NCBI GenBank assembly: GCA_951406725.2
Contig: OX597814.1
Location: 1,922,001 to 1,986,000, forward strand
Length of the DNA: 64,000 nt
Reading direction: 5' to 3'
Source of the DNA: Octopus vulgaris
Lineage: Eukaryota
A program made the translations under genes and the position numbers. Below, one piece after another: positions 39,725 to 54,425 of the stretch. Positions within the stretch are counted from its first letter, which is position 1; each line of letters begins with the position of its first letter. A model generated the notes under the pieces. It was not told the DNA's origin. It saw nothing but the letters and a program-made list of their open reading frames with translations, and did not search any database.

Positions 39725-40392
39725 AGTAGCTTGCTTACCAGCCACATGGTTCCGGGTTCGGTCCCACTACGTGGCACCTTGGGCAAGTGTTTTCTACTGT
39801 AGCCTTGGGCCTACCAAAGTCGTGTGAGCTGATTTAGTAGATGGAAACTGAAAGAAGCCAGTCGTATATATATATATGTATGTGTGAGTATAGGTCTGTG
39901 TGTCTATGTTTGTCTCCCCAACATCACTTGACAACCGAAGCTGGTGTGTTTACGATCCCCGTAACTTAGTGGTTCGGCAAAGGAGATCGATAGAATGAGT
40001 ACTAGGCTTACAAAAAATAATTTCGTCAGTCTATAAGTTCTGAGTTCAAATCTTGCCGAGGTCGACTTTGCCTTTCATCCTTTCAGGGTCAATAAATTAA
40101 ATACCAGCTGTGTACTGGAGTCGATCTAATCGACTGGCCCTCTTCCCCAAAATTTCGGGCCTTTTACCTAGACTAGAAAAGTATATGCATACATACGCAC
40201 ACCTGTATTTGCGTCTTTGTGTCTGTCCCCCACCGCCGCCTGAGAACCTGTACTAGTGTATTTAGGTTTCCGTTACTTAGCGGTCTAGCAAAAGAGAACG
40301 ATATAATAAGCACCTTGGTCAATTCGTTCGACTAAAACTCTTCAAGGTGGTGCCCCAGCATGGCCACAGTATAATAACTAAAACTAATCAAA
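39725..40392 (+). mobile_element. SINE cluster (family C, family A, family C 3' half)
   Basis: Family motifs at 39725-40015, 40020-40180 and 40210-40392. Confidence 0.8.
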
Positions 40393-40829
40393 AATAAACA
40401 CTATAGATGACTATCCTCTATTAATAAGGCTTTGATGGACTACTTTATCCAATGCTAAGGGATATTTGGCTGCTATTTTTAGCAAAGTCAAGCAGCAGCC
40501 TTGTATGTCTCTCAGTGCCCTGTGTTAAATTGTTGTTGTTGTTGTTGTCGGTGTCGCCAGAGGCAATTATGTTTGCGAAGTGCGTTAGTGTGATCTGCCC
40601 GTTTTCCAGTTGATCCATCGTCTCAGTCAGCAATGAAAACACATCTCGTTAGAAAGGCGACCATAAACTGACTAATTACGAATCATACAAATTAATTAAT
40701 AGCTTGATTAATTAACGGAGAAGGGAGGAGGTAATTACCTTCATGTAAAGGGTGTAAGATGTGTCAAGTGATTACCTGCTGAACAAACACACACGTACAC
40801 ACACACACACACACACACTCAGAAACAAG

Positions 40830-40879
<50 letters not shown>

Positions 40880-41000
40880 AACAAGTATACACACAAGAAC
40901 TCACATATTCTCACAGCTTAACAAAGACACTCATATTCACACACAAACACACACATACACACACACTCACTCACACACGCACATATGTATGTACAGCGAT

Positions 41001-41047
<47 letters not shown>

Positions 41048-41050
41048 ATG

Positions 41051-41438
41051 TGGAACTCCGTCGGTTACGACGACGAGGGTTCCAGTTGATCCGATCCACG
41101 GAACAGCTTGCTCGTGAAATTAACGCGCAAATAACTGAGCACTCTACGTGTACCCTTAATGTGTACCCTTCACGTAGTTCTCGGGGAGATTGAGCGTGAC
41201 ACAGAATGTGACAAGGCCGGCCCCTTTGAATTACTGGTACAACAGAAACAGGAAGAAAGAGTGAAAGAAAGTTGTGGTAAAAGAATACAGCAGGGTTCAC
41301 CACCAGTCCCAGCCGGGGCCTTATGGAGCTTTAGACGTTTTCACTCAATAAACACTCAGAATGTCCGGTGTGGGAATCAAAACCGCAATTCTTCGACCGC
41401 AAGTACGTTGCCCTAATCACTGGGCCATTTCACCTCCA
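41051..41438 (-). mobile_element. SINE family B, full length
   Basis: Reverse complement of 1880-2266. Confidence 0.85.
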
Positions 41439-42610
41439 CACATATATATCATGTATGTATATCACCTTATGCATACACACATGTTTTGGGTGTATATAGA
41501 GTTGCACTGAGAAATATACGGATAGGTTTCTATTGACGATGTGTCAGGGAGTGATTTCAAATAAAAGTCGGGGCGGAAAGAGGCAGAAACCTATTTGCAG
41601 ATTCGAACCACGCATCTTTAACAGTAGATCTATCAAATTTGATATCAATGATATCCACTTCTGGCCATCCAAATTAGACGCTTTAAAAAAAAAACAAACA
41701 TAAAGAAAACCCTTTTACACATAAACCCACATTCACACGTATAATTACCTACCTCCATTCGTTGTCTGTTCAGGGCACACGACTTGAAAGGGCCTTGCAT
41801 TTTATCCTTACATCTTGTATATTTGTATTGGGAACGATCAATTTTTTTTTTCTGAAGGAAACAAAATGTCCAAGTACACTTATCCTCGTTTATCACTGAT
41901 CCAGGATAAAACGGTGCACTCAATTGTATACCGTGTTACGCTTTATCACGAATTGATCAGAGATAACACGGGTTACCGATCAGTCAAAGATACTGCTTGG
42001 TTTGCAGAAGCGCACCCCACTGACCATCCACCGTGTCAAAGGCAGCTTTGGGAGTCTCGGCACGAAACCTATTTTTCCCGTATTATTCACTTATCACTGA
42101 TTCATTTTACACGCTGTTAATGCTTTGGAGAAAGCAAACACTCGTAATAAACGAGCGTAGATGCACTTCACGGAAATAAATCGAAGTATATGGACCTTGG
42201 ATAATAACACTATAAAAGCTCATTGACTATGAAGCCATCGACGGGATGAGATAAGGAACAGATGAATAGATGACGGATTGTGACACAGGTTGTGGTCTGT
42301 GGAGGTGCTTTAATGTGCAAGGATACAACAATCGTATTCTACTGGGTTCCACGAAAAAAAAAAAAAAAAAGGTAATAATATCAGAAGACTTCGTATTTCT
42401 TACAAATGCTTCTAAATAAATTATTTTACGATTCCAGGGGCGATTAAAACACGTAAACTTGCCACACGGTAAAGGTTTGTATGAAGTTCGCTTAAATATA
42501 AATATGAAAACTTATTAATAACTAAATTAAGAGTTTTGAAACAGCTGTAAAGATTGCTATCTATCTGATAAACCTTACTTGCTTTCCTCTTTACACCATA
42601 TATCATAACA

Positions 42611-43054
<444 letters not shown>

Positions 43055-43300
43055 GAATACATACATACCTATGTTTTTCCTTTTTCTAAAAGTATTTACT
43101 CGCTCTTCTAAGCTATTTTAACAGCTATTGCGTTCGAATATTCCTCTATTATCTGTAAAATACCAACTCACTCAATAAGCGCTCCAAATTTATATATATA
43201 TGGAGAAATATGACTCCATATAAATATGAAGCTCTAAGTACTAACTCTTTAGCCTCGCAGTATCTCGTTAAGGGGTGACTGTGTAGCTAGGACGCATCTG

Positions 43301-43433
<133 letters not shown>

Positions 43434-43595
43434 ATATATATATATATATGTTTCTGTCTGTCTCTCTATCTATGTACATACATACATACATGCATGTATA
43501 TATATACACACGCACATTTGCTTGACAACACACACAAAAGCGTTCGAAATTATATGTAATGAAATATAAATATATACGTGTGTGTGTGTGTATAC

Positions 43596-43639
<44 letters not shown>

Positions 43640-43776
43640 ATATATATTCATGATTGCACGAAATAGGGAGACATATTTAAGTACAGTGTGCGAGAGTATT
43701 TCTCAGATTTGCTTTTTGAGTTTTTTAATGTGAAAATGCTTATCACAGTGCATGCTTTATATAAGCCATTATTTTC

Positions 43777-43816
<40 letters not shown>

Positions 43817-43936
43817 CACACACACATACACACACACGCACACACACACAAACACACGCACACAAACACACACTCACACACATATGCACATATAATATGT
43901 ATGTATAATATATATTATGTGATTGTGTATGTATAC

Positions 43937-43968
<32 letters not shown>

Positions 43969-44014
43969 GCATTTATTTATATATACATATAAATGTATTA
44001 TATATCTGTATATA

Positions 44015-44149
<135 letters not shown>

Positions 44150-44292
44150 GTACAATTTTAAACTATAAACTGTTATCTTTCCAGTATTCAGCTCTATTTT
44201 TATTTTTCGCTGTTCAAATATTTCGAATTTTTTCCCTCCCGTTCATTTCAATGAAAACTTTTCACAACATACGTCCATATATACACACAAAC

Positions 44293-44347
<55 letters not shown>

Positions 44348-44584
44348 TACACGTATCTCTGCGTGTGTATGCGAATGCAATATATTTCTTTCATATTCCC
44401 AATATTATTTACTTTATATTTCAAGAATTCAGATCGTATATTCTGATTGCAAATATATGACTTCTGTGAATAACAATATCATAGAGATATATTGTTATGC
44501 ATTCCACGGCCTGCTCACACAAACGCAATCGTACTTACATACAGACGCGTACCGAGATGTAAAAGCTCTTATAACGTATGCCTG

Positions 44585-44619
<35 letters not shown>

Positions 44620-44672
44620 ATATATATATATTTATTTATTTATTTATTTATATGTGTATGTATGTATATATA

Positions 44673-44705
<33 letters not shown>

Positions 44706-44707
<2 letters not shown>

Positions 44708-45120
44708 CGTAGGAGTGGTCGTGTGGTAAGAAGCTAGCTTCCCAGCCACATGGTTCCGGGTTCCATCTCACTGGGTGGCACCTTGGGCAAGTGTTTCTTA
44801 CAATAGCTTAGGTCTGACCAAAACCTTGTGTGTGGATTTGGTAGTCGGAAACTGAAAGAAGCCCATCGTATGTATATATATATATATATGTATGTATGTA
44901 TGTATGTATTTGTCTGTCTGTGTTTGTCCTCCGACCATCGCTTGACTACCGATGCTGGTATGTTTACGTCGCCGTAAATTGGTGGTTCGGCAAAAGAGAT
45001 CGATACAATAAGTACTAGGCTTACAAAAATTAGGTCCTAGGGGTCGATTTGCTCGACTAAAGGCGGTTCTCCAGCATGGTCGCAGTAAAATTACTGAAAG
45101 AAGTAAAAGCATAAAAAAGA
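44706..45120 (+). mobile_element. SINE family C, full length
   Basis: Head, internal microsatellite and tail all present. Confidence 0.88.
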
Positions 45121-45710
45121 AAAATATATACAAGCGCATATGTGTGTGTGTGTGTGTGTGCATGTGTGTGTGTGCGTGTGTAAATATATGTGCAAGTACG
45201 TTGGTTTTTTTGAATATATAAATGTGTGTGTGTGTGTGTGTGTATGTGTGTGTGTGTGTGTGTGTATGCGCTGATGTATGTATGCATGTATGTATCCACA
45301 CATACATATCAAGTTTTGCAAGGAAAGGTTTAACTGTCACCTCGGGGTTTCGTCTTTGGTTGGCCTCATACCTAAAATAAATTAATTTTGTTAATTTGGG
45401 GCTGGAGTAATATGATGATAATCAGGTATATAAGGAAATTAATTGTGTAGGAGGGAAAGGATTCAGAAGAATTGGAAGTTAGTATTTATCTGTTGGAAGT
45501 TCATTCATGGAATAATATGGTAAAGAGATTTCTTTCGGTTTGATACAGGAAGCACTTTATCATCTTGTATCCAATCACACATGGAAATGAACGGGCAAAA
45601 AGATGCGTCATATTCAAAGCGGAACATTCTTTGTGTATACATTTGGCTATTATGGTATTTTAGGTTTCACATGAATCTCTGAAAATGATATATATATATA
45701 TATATATATA

Positions 45711-46992
45711 CGAGGGGCGTTCAATAAGTAATGCCCCTGACCCACTTCCCATAGCAGTAGAGCAACAAAACTTGGCACAGTTATTAGTCTTTTTCTACAT
45801 AGGAACAACCCAGAGTTACGCATTTCTCCCATCGTTTGATGCGGCTCTGGAGACCGTTTTTGTAGAAGAACCCAGCTTGGTCCTCCAACCTCAACGTGAC
45901 TTCAGAAATCAAGGCTGCATCATCTGGGAAACGCTTTCCTTTCAAAAACAACTTCATGATTGGGAAGAGGTGAAAATCAGAGGGTGCAAGGTCAGGAAAG
46001 ATGGGGAGGAGTTCATAGCCATACGCCTGTGCTTCTGATCTGGCGACAAGCGAGTTGTGGACCGGAGCGTTGTCCTGCAGGAGGAGGATGCCTTTGCTGA
46101 TCTTGCCCCGTCTCTTGATTTTGATAACTTCTCTTAATTTCCTCAAAAGGGAAGCATAATAGGCTCCTGCAATTGTGGTACCCTTTGCCAGGAAATCTGT
46201 CATCACTACTCCGTCCTGGTCCCAGAAGACTGTGAGCATGACCTTGCCAGCGGAGGGCTGCACCCTTGCCTTCTTTGGAGGGGGTGAGTCACGGTGCTTC
46301 CACTGCATTGACTAGGATTTGGTTTCTGGATCATCGTGATGGACCCAGGTTTCATCCTGTGTAATCAGTCTTTTGAAAAATTTTGACTCATCTTCTTGGC
46401 ACATCTCCAAATTCACCCTCGAGCACTCGACGCGTTCTTGCTTCTGGAAAGACGTGAGCAACCTAGGAATCCATCTGGCAGATACCTTTTGCATATGCAA
46501 ATGGTCATGAATGATAGTTTCCACAGACCCGGTACTAATCTTGACCTCATGGGCTATTTGGCGAATAATTATGCGTCGATCTTCCAAAATGGCAGCCTCA
46601 ACTTGACGGACAGATGCCTCATCAATGGCAGAAGGGGGCGACCAGATCTGGTAGCTGTTTCCACAGAGTTCCGACCATGTTTGAATTCACGATGCCAGCG
46701 TTTTACAAGGTCATATGATGGGGCATCATCACCATAAGTTACTTTCATTTCATCAAAAGTCTCCCGTGGTGTGCGTCCTTTCAAATACAAAAACCGGATC
46801 ACTGCTCGACACTCAACAGGCTCCATTTCACACTTGACTCGGTTTAAACACCTGTAAATAAGAAACCACAATTAATTCAGAGCTGTAATTTACCACTTAA
46901 TCTATAGAGATATAAATAATTGCACATGCAAAATTTCAGCTAGATCAAACAACTGCAAGTGGGTCAGAGGCATTACTTATTGAACGTCCCTC

Positions 46993-46993
<1 letters not shown>
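45711..46993 (-). mobile_element. Full-length mariner (probably irritans-subfamily-like), inactivated
   Basis: TIRs CGAGGGGCGTTCAATAAGTAATGCCCCTGACCCACTT / AAGTGGGTCAGAGGCATTACTTATTGAACGTCCCTCG; TA TSD within (TA)n. Confidence 0.95.
45784..46826 (-). pseudogene. Mariner DD(34)D transposase pseudogene
   Basis: Motifs MEPVECRAVIRFL, WIPRLL, TQDETW, QDNAPVH and PDLAPSDFHLF. Frameshift near 46630, stop at 46312-46314, and D-D spacing reduced to 31 residues by a deletion. Confidence 0.92.
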
Positions 46994-47044
<51 letters not shown>

Positions 47045-47118
47045 ACAATTTAACAAATAAAACATATGCATACATACATACATATATGTACATACCTATA
47101 TCGATATGTATATATACA

Positions 47119-47172
<54 letters not shown>

Positions 47173-47310
47173 AGGACACCACAAATAAACGTAGAACACA
47201 AAGAGAAACGAAAACATAAACACAAACAAAGCAACGGACTTTTTTTAACAAGGAAAAAACAGAGTACAAGACAAACAATACAAGGAATATTCCCCTTCGT
47301 GTCCTGTATT

Positions 47311-47362
<52 letters not shown>

Positions 47363-47481
47363 TGTATATATACATATAGATGTAGGTATGTATATATATG
47401 TATGTATGTATGCATATCTTTTATTTGTTAAATTGTTATTATATGACTGAGCGCCTCGCGTCGTTTCTTATCCTCCAAGTA

Positions 47482-47637
<156 letters not shown>

Positions 47638-47717
47638 CAAAGGAATTCCAACTCTGTTTTTTATGTTTTATTTATATTCTTTATGATATTAATGTAGAAT
47701 ATAGAATATATAGTATA

Positions 47718-47753
<36 letters not shown>

Positions 47754-47754
47754 A

Positions 47755-48465
47755 AATGAAATGAAGTATTGATTGTCTTATTGAATAGATGAAATATTAA
47801 ATATAAAATATTAAGGGACTAGTATACTTTCTTGCATTAAAGCAGTCTTCAAGATCCCAGGTTGTGACAGGAATGTTTCAACTGTACTTGGCTGGCTGTC
47901 TTTTGTTCTTTATATATGTTCCTGTGGACAGCAGTAGTAGTTCCTTGGCTATTTTTAGAGATGATGCCAAACCATTTTTCAATGTTTGTTTTAGAAATGA
48001 CGACAGCAGTACTTTTTAGAGATTTTTTGTGTTTTAGTTATAGGGATAATATTTTTAAACCCCAAATAAGATTAATTTAATCATTGTTTGTTAAGCTTGG
48101 ATTTGAATTTCTTAATAAAATCCTTTTCTATCAGTTTTCTCTCAATTTCATTCAGGTTGTAAAGTTTATGAAATGGGAATATCACAAAAGTTTTCATACC
48201 ACATGTTGCCTGATGGTTACTCAGTGGTATTTGACGGACTTCTGGATCTTTAATTTGTTGTCGATGCACAGGCGAGCGTTCTGAAAGTGCATTACCTGTC
48301 TGGCCAACATACAGTTCTTCACAATTTGGGCATTTGATGCAGTAGATTAAATTTCTGCTTTTGCAGTTCATGTTCGCGTTTGTCAATATTTTCCATGTTT
48401 TTGTGTTCATATATGGGCCAGTATGAATTAATTGGCATGTACCGCATCGGCTATAATCTAAATGC
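47755..48465 (-). mobile_element. Penelope-like element 3' end with GIY-YIG endonuclease
   Basis: CGTC...NCKSRNLIYCIKCPNCEELYVGQTGNALSERSPVH...ERKLIEKDFIKKFKSKLN (ORF ends 48081). Confidence 0.9.
47815..47858 (-). ncRNA. Minimal hammerhead ribozyme in a Penelope 3' terminal repeat
   Basis: Minus strand: gggat-c-TTGAAGA-cTGC tttaat GCAa-GAAA-GTATAC-TA-gtccc, about 220 nt downstream of the GIY-YIG stop. Confidence 0.7.
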
Positions 48466-48469
48466 AATG

Positions 48470-48497
48470 ATAGATGGGAACTGAAAGAAGCCTGTCG

Positions 48498-48588
<91 letters not shown>

Positions 48589-48795
48589 GTATGTGTTCGT
48601 CCCGCCACTACCGCTTGACAACCGATTTCGATTTGTTTGTTTACGTGCCCGTAACTTAGCAATTCGGCAGAAGTGATCGATAAAATAAGTACTAGGTTTA
48701 CAAATAATAAGTCCTGGGGTCGATTTGTTCGACTAAAAGGCGGTGCTCCAGCATGGTCGCAGTCAAATGACTGAAACAGGTAATAGAATGAAAGA
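48470..48795 (+). mobile_element. SINE family C (5'-truncated)
   Basis: GAACTGAAAGAAGCCTGTCG...TGACTGAAACAGG. Confidence 0.85.
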
Positions 48796-48865
48796 ATAAA
48801 ATACTATATATTATACACACACACATATATATATATATATGTTTATATATATATATATATAAAAC

Positions 48866-48914
<49 letters not shown>

Positions 48915-48920
48915 CGTGTG

Positions 48921-48980
<60 letters not shown>

Positions 48981-48999
48981 CATATATACGTGTGTGTGT

Positions 49000-50560
49000 G
49001 ACAATACCATAGTATCGACCAGACCAACCTATGCTTCTGTGCATCGCCGGTCACAGTGCGCTTCCATTTCTCTCTTGATTCCACCACTCTTTTCCATCGT
49101 GACCCAATTCACTCGTTTTTTGTATCGTCGTGGAAGACTTCCGAGTCCCCTTTACCGATCCCTTGGATGCCACTCGGCATCCACCTTGCAGCATGTTCAG
49201 ACCATCGGAACTTCTGCTTTCGGCACTCTGCGACCAGCTCGTTTAATCTGCTCCATTCTCGAATCGTATAATTTCGAATATGCTCGCGCAATGATATTCC
49301 AAGCATGGCTCTATCAGTGGATCTTCCCGTGGCTCTTTGCTTCGTAGCCGGTCGATGTTCTGTCCTCTTCGTAATAGCCCACGTCTTGCTTGCAGATAAA
49401 AACGCAAGTAAGACTGCATTGTTGAAAAATGTGACTCCTATGGTATTGTTTGTCTTCCAGCGCATCATTATTGAGGTGGATGACTTCTGTCCAGCCCTTA
49501 TTCTTTTTGAAGTCGAGAAAGTAAGCAGGTTTACGTAGGACAGATCACATATTCACTCTAACACAAGGAGCGAATGCATGCGAGTTTCCTCTGCGTATCG
49601 CTTTTGTTGATAATGGAAGAAGCTTTCTGTTGTGACTGGGGAGAGTCGTTTTTTTTGTGCCTTATAATCTAACACACTCACCGGAAAAATTTCCACTTTT
49701 TTCTTATTTTAATTTTCCTAAAGTTTTCGTTGCGTCTTGCAACCTTTTCAAACTATTAACGGTGACTGTGTTAAATTATAAGGCATAAAAAGAAAATGAC
49801 TCTCCCCAGACACAACAGAATATGCTTCAACACACGAACTCATATAAAGAATCTTGCAAACCAAATCCAAAAACGGAAGAAGCTTTGATATCATTGAAAT
49901 GAATGCAGAGTTGAAATCCTTGCAGATGCAAAGTGTGGAGGTGTAATACATCAAACTTCTTACAGTTGCGAACTCTGGATGCACAACAGATATAGCACTG
50001 CTATCACCACCAGTAAGGCTTGCAATTGGGAAGTTCTTTACCGCTTGTCTAGAAATGGTCATGAGAGACATTGACTGGACAAGATGCGTTGAACACCAAT
50101 GGTGAGCAACTAACACACCTCTAATTCGCTGATGACATTATACACATCGCTGAAACCACAGACCAGCTGCACACCATACTGACAGAGCTGCACACTGCAA
50201 ATGAACCGCATGGAAACAAAATATATGCGGTTAGAAGACGTTGCACGAGGCTGAATAGCAGTGGTGGTGGTGGTGGTGGGGGAAGAAATCGAGGCGATAA
50301 AGGAGCGCGTCTTCATACGGCACACAGTGAATAGGCACCGAGTTATGGATGCTAACATCTTGAAGAGAATATATATATATATTCTTCTAATTCTAGCTTT
50401 ATTCGGCCTTGTGCTACGTCTTCCGACTGCATATATTTTGTTTTTATGCGTTTCAATTTAGGTAACCAGCCCGTAGTTTCAACGATGAGTATAATGTCAA
50501 CTGCGAACCGAAGACGTTTTAGTTGCTCACCATTGATGTATACACCACCCACTCACTCAA
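49000..50560 (-). mobile_element. Degraded RTE-clade LINE (RT C-terminal part), interrupted by a PLE
   Basis: GVYINGEQLKRLRFAVDIILI; ASKTWAITK...[26 protein letters not shown]. Confidence 0.75.
49625..50110 (-). mobile_element. PLE 3' end with an inverted terminal segment and a hammerhead variant
   Basis: Inverted arms 49625-49683 and 49760-49820. Minus strand TTGAAAA-gGTTGC aagac GCAAC-GAAA (49716-49755). GIY-YIG-like C-terminus VLHLHTLHLQG. Confidence 0.65.
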
Positions 50561-50564
50561 TGTC

Positions 50565-50889
50565 CTCGATCACTGAACTCTGCACATTTTTTTCATTCTC
50601 TCTCTGTTTATTCCCTTTTATTCCCATCGGCTGAAGAGCGTTGGCTCGAAACATAAAAGACATTTTCATTCCCCTTGAGCGTCAAACTAACAAGCTTGCT
50701 GTTCCTACACCTGTCATCTCAAAGTTACCCATGTTTGACCCTGACTGATCTTCCTACTTTTTGGACTTGCATATCTAGACAACTTCCCCAACTTTCAGCA
50801 CTTCTTCTCGTCCACATACCAGCGCTCCACCCGGATTATCACTACTGGATCTACTGACTACCTTCAGGGATTTCACTGTTTTTTTTCGT

Positions 50890-50890
<1 letters not shown>
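50565..50890 (+). mobile_element. Short PLE-like repeat with a degenerate hammerhead
   Basis: CTGAAGAGCGTTGGCTCGAAACATAAAAG; related to 56105-56292. Confidence 0.55.
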
Positions 50891-50924
<34 letters not shown>

Positions 50925-51745
50925 GCCTGTTTCTACCTTAATAGTTTCAGAAAGATCTTGATTCTTGAGATCATCTCCTTTTTCATGCAGAGATGGTCAT
51001 AAATGCTATTTGTTAATTATGACACATGTCATGGAAGCGGAAAGATTTCTATTAACCAACCAACCAACCAACCAGCCAGCCAATAAACCAATCGACATTT
51101 GCTTTGGTTATTCACGTTGTTACTTCCTGGTGAGCTGCGTAAAATTGACTGTTATGTCTAGCATGTTGAGTGATGATGTGAGGAATCTTTCGTTTGATGA
51201 GGAAAAGGATTTTGCTTAACTGAGGTTTTTGTGAACACTGACTAATCACACCTATGTTGAGAGGCGTTCCAATCGTGACCATTTCGCCTGTTATTTAAAC
51301 TTTGTAGAACCATAAGTGAATTATGTAATATATCCTTTTTAAAGCTAGTAGGCTGTGATTGACTGGAATTCTAGTTGCTATTTCTAGCGGGTCATACGAC
51401 TTGATGGAGTATTCTCGTTGTTGGCGATGGCGCTGATGGCGGTGGTGGAGCCATTTTCTAAGTATGAACAGTGTAGGTCTTTATGTTTACGATGGAGCCC
51501 TGCAGTCTGGTACGTGTGGTGGTAGTGGTGGCGGTGGAGGTAGCGATGGTGATGCAAGTGGCGGCGACGGTGGTGATGGTGGAGTCTTCAGTATTATGTG
51601 CGCACACATACACACACACACATACATACAGACAGAATTACCAACACACCAGCTAACTGTTATACATATCTACGTACACACATATCTACGCATACACCAA
51701 CATACATGATACATACACACATACATACATACATACATACATACA

Positions 51746-51799
<54 letters not shown>

Positions 51800-52102
51800 C
51801 GTTTATATGTTTGTTGTGCATGCTAACAATTCTGTGAGCTCACTGCCTTAATAATAATAATAATATAATATTTCAAGATTGAAGTTGCTCTCTCCGAAGG
51901 TAAAGAAACAAGAAGAAAACAGTCACACTGTTCATTTGTTTCATTTTCATTTTAATAAACAGTCAAATAGTTGAACTCTTCTTCTTGTTTTTTTTTTAAA
52001 TAATTTCTAACATATGCGCAAGGCTACAAATTTGGATTTCAACCTCGGCGAAATTTGAATTCAGAACATCAAGGCACATGAAAAATGACCATTCCGAAAT
52101 AT

Positions 52103-52140
<38 letters not shown>

Positions 52141-52142
<2 letters not shown>

Positions 52143-52415
52143 TGGGCTCAACAGGATCCACGTGGTGGTTTTTAGCCCTCTTGTGTGTCCGAATGGTCAG
52201 CCACTGACCATTCGGACACATAAGACAGCTAAAAACAACCACGTTGATTCTGTTGAGACCAGTAAGAAACAATTATGAACTTTTTTATTACACTTAGCTT
52301 TTAAAAATATTTTTGATAAGGTTCGTTTTTTTCAAGAAGAACCGACACATGTAAAATTTCTAAGAAAATTAAAATTTATCTTATATAGTGGCGTTTTCAA
52401 ACTTCTTTTTTATAA
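52141..52415. mobile_element. PLE-like terminal repeat starting with a 60-bp/3-nt-loop hairpin
   Basis: Arms 52141-52200 and 52204-52263 (53/60 complementary); inserted next to (TA)n. Confidence 0.8.
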
Positions 52416-52654
52416 ATAAATAAATATATATATATAACTAATCCATTCTTGTTGCTTTTTTCTTGTTTATAATCACCCCACATTATTTTATGGTTAATAC
52501 CATAAAGATTTCTGGTGCATCTAAGGTAAGTACCACATTGATGTGAATTCATTGGAACTCACTTGAATCTTAATTGTTTTACTGAAATTATATATATATA
52601 TATATATATATAGTGAATGGAAGAAATGGAGTTGAACATTCATTCTTTATTACA

Positions 52655-52734
52655 TTCTACACATGTTTCAAAGGCCACAATTTTCCAAATTCTGATTAAA
52701 TAAGGATACCATATTGCAGCTTTCTCTTCAGGAA
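52655..52734 (-). ncRNA. Hammerhead ribozyme with a canonical core, inside inverted repeat 52611-52896
   Basis: Minus strand: ttc-CTGAAGA-GAAAGCTGCAAT...ATTGTGGCCTTT-GAAAC-ATGT-GTA-gaa. Confidence 0.75.
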
Positions 52735-53073
52735 AAACCAGGAATTCCGTTGACAGAACAAAACAAAACAGAGGCGCCTGTTGCCTGTTCCTTATTTAAT
52801 CAGAATTTGGAAAATTGTGGCTTTTGAAACATGTGTAGAATGTAATAAAAGGAATTCTGTACAATCTTCGTTCAAATCCATTTCTTCCATTCACTAATAA
52901 TATTAAACTTCAATTATCCGCACCAACGCACGGTTGCAACACCAAATGGTCCTATCTCCAACCGTGCTTTTTTCTGCTGTGATTTTTGCTACCCAGGTAT
53001 CGGTTAAACTTTTGAATAATCTGTAACAAGAAAATTCATCTTTCTATTTCAACAAATATATATATATATATCG

Positions 53074-53276
53074 TGGCACTCCGTCGGTTATGACGGCGAG
53101 GGTTCCAGTTGATCCGATCGGGAAATTAACATGCAAGTAGCTGAGCACTCCACAGACACGTATATCCTTAATGTAGTTCTCAGGAAGAAAGAGTGAGAGA
53201 AAGTTATGATGAAAGAGTACAGCAGGGTTCGCCACCACCCGCTGCCGGAGCCACGTTGAGCTTTAGGTGTTTTCGC
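53074..53276 (-). mobile_element. SINE family B, internally deleted
   Basis: TGGCACTCCGTCGGTTATGACG...GAGCTTTAGGTGTTTTCGC. Confidence 0.8.
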
Positions 53277-53309
53277 CTATATATACATATATCGGATATA
53301 TATATATGG

Positions 53310-53359
<50 letters not shown>

Positions 53360-54272
53360 AGAGAGAGGGGGTAATATATTATATATATATTATATATTAT
53401 ATATATTTATATATTATATAAATAAATAAAGAGAGAGAGAGAGAGAGAGTGGGGGGTAATATATTATATTAAAGCCGAAAATATTTCACAAAACCTACTT
53501 AGAATTTCATGTGAGCGTTGATCAGACGTTTGTGATAATATATATACTGGACAGATAGATAGACAGATAGACAAACAGATAGATAGATAGATAGGTAGAT
53601 GAATAGAAAGTGTTGTTCAAGATTATCGTGGTCATTTATTATTTGTATGAATGTTTTCAAGAATTTACATAATTTCTCATCATTCATGATAACCATGATT
53701 ATTCTACGACCCACAATGGCAACGTTTCTGAGCCCCACTTTAACATTATTGATCTGATGGATATATGAAACCGGAGGTAGCATTAAAACAATATAACGGT
53801 GATTTGTTGGATCAAGCTGTTTCACAAATGACACGTAGTATTGTTTACCTGCTTTTATCTATCAGTTATCTACAGCCGTAAAACACTTTCAAGTGAGTTG
53901 AACAGCAGAAGGTTTTCAGCGAAGAAACCCGTCGAATGTCCAAATTTGGCATTCTTTTCAAAATTCTTTTTTTTTTTTTTTTTGCAATAGTCACTTCTTT
54001 AGGTCTAACTATCGTATCTCCAGGTGCTTCGGATGCCAAGATGTCAAAAATTGTCAAAATGTTGTACTAAGAAAGACATTCGTGACTTTCTCTCCTCAGT
54101 CAAGTTCCAGAAGTCACGACCATTTCGGGCAGTTACATTTGAGATGGTTCGATCTTGTTGCCCGCCAAAAAGTCTAAGCTATGGGCATTAGACCCCTTTG
54201 TAAGAAAGCTAGTGAATGTGTACGGCAACAAAGACAAAAACAAACAAACAAACAAAAACACGGAGAACATGG

Positions 54273-54318
<46 letters not shown>

Positions 54319-54342
54319 AATATATATATATATATAATATAT

Positions 54343-54425
<83 letters not shown>

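Noticed and set aside
45310-45680. Possible PLE RT remnant (PTDKY-like) on the minus strand
   Set aside because: Similarity is too weak to support without a search.
53499-54230. ORFs 53499-53834 and 53866-54057 as host exons
   Set aside because: No recognisable domain, they run into microsatellite or poly-T, and there is no supported splice structure.
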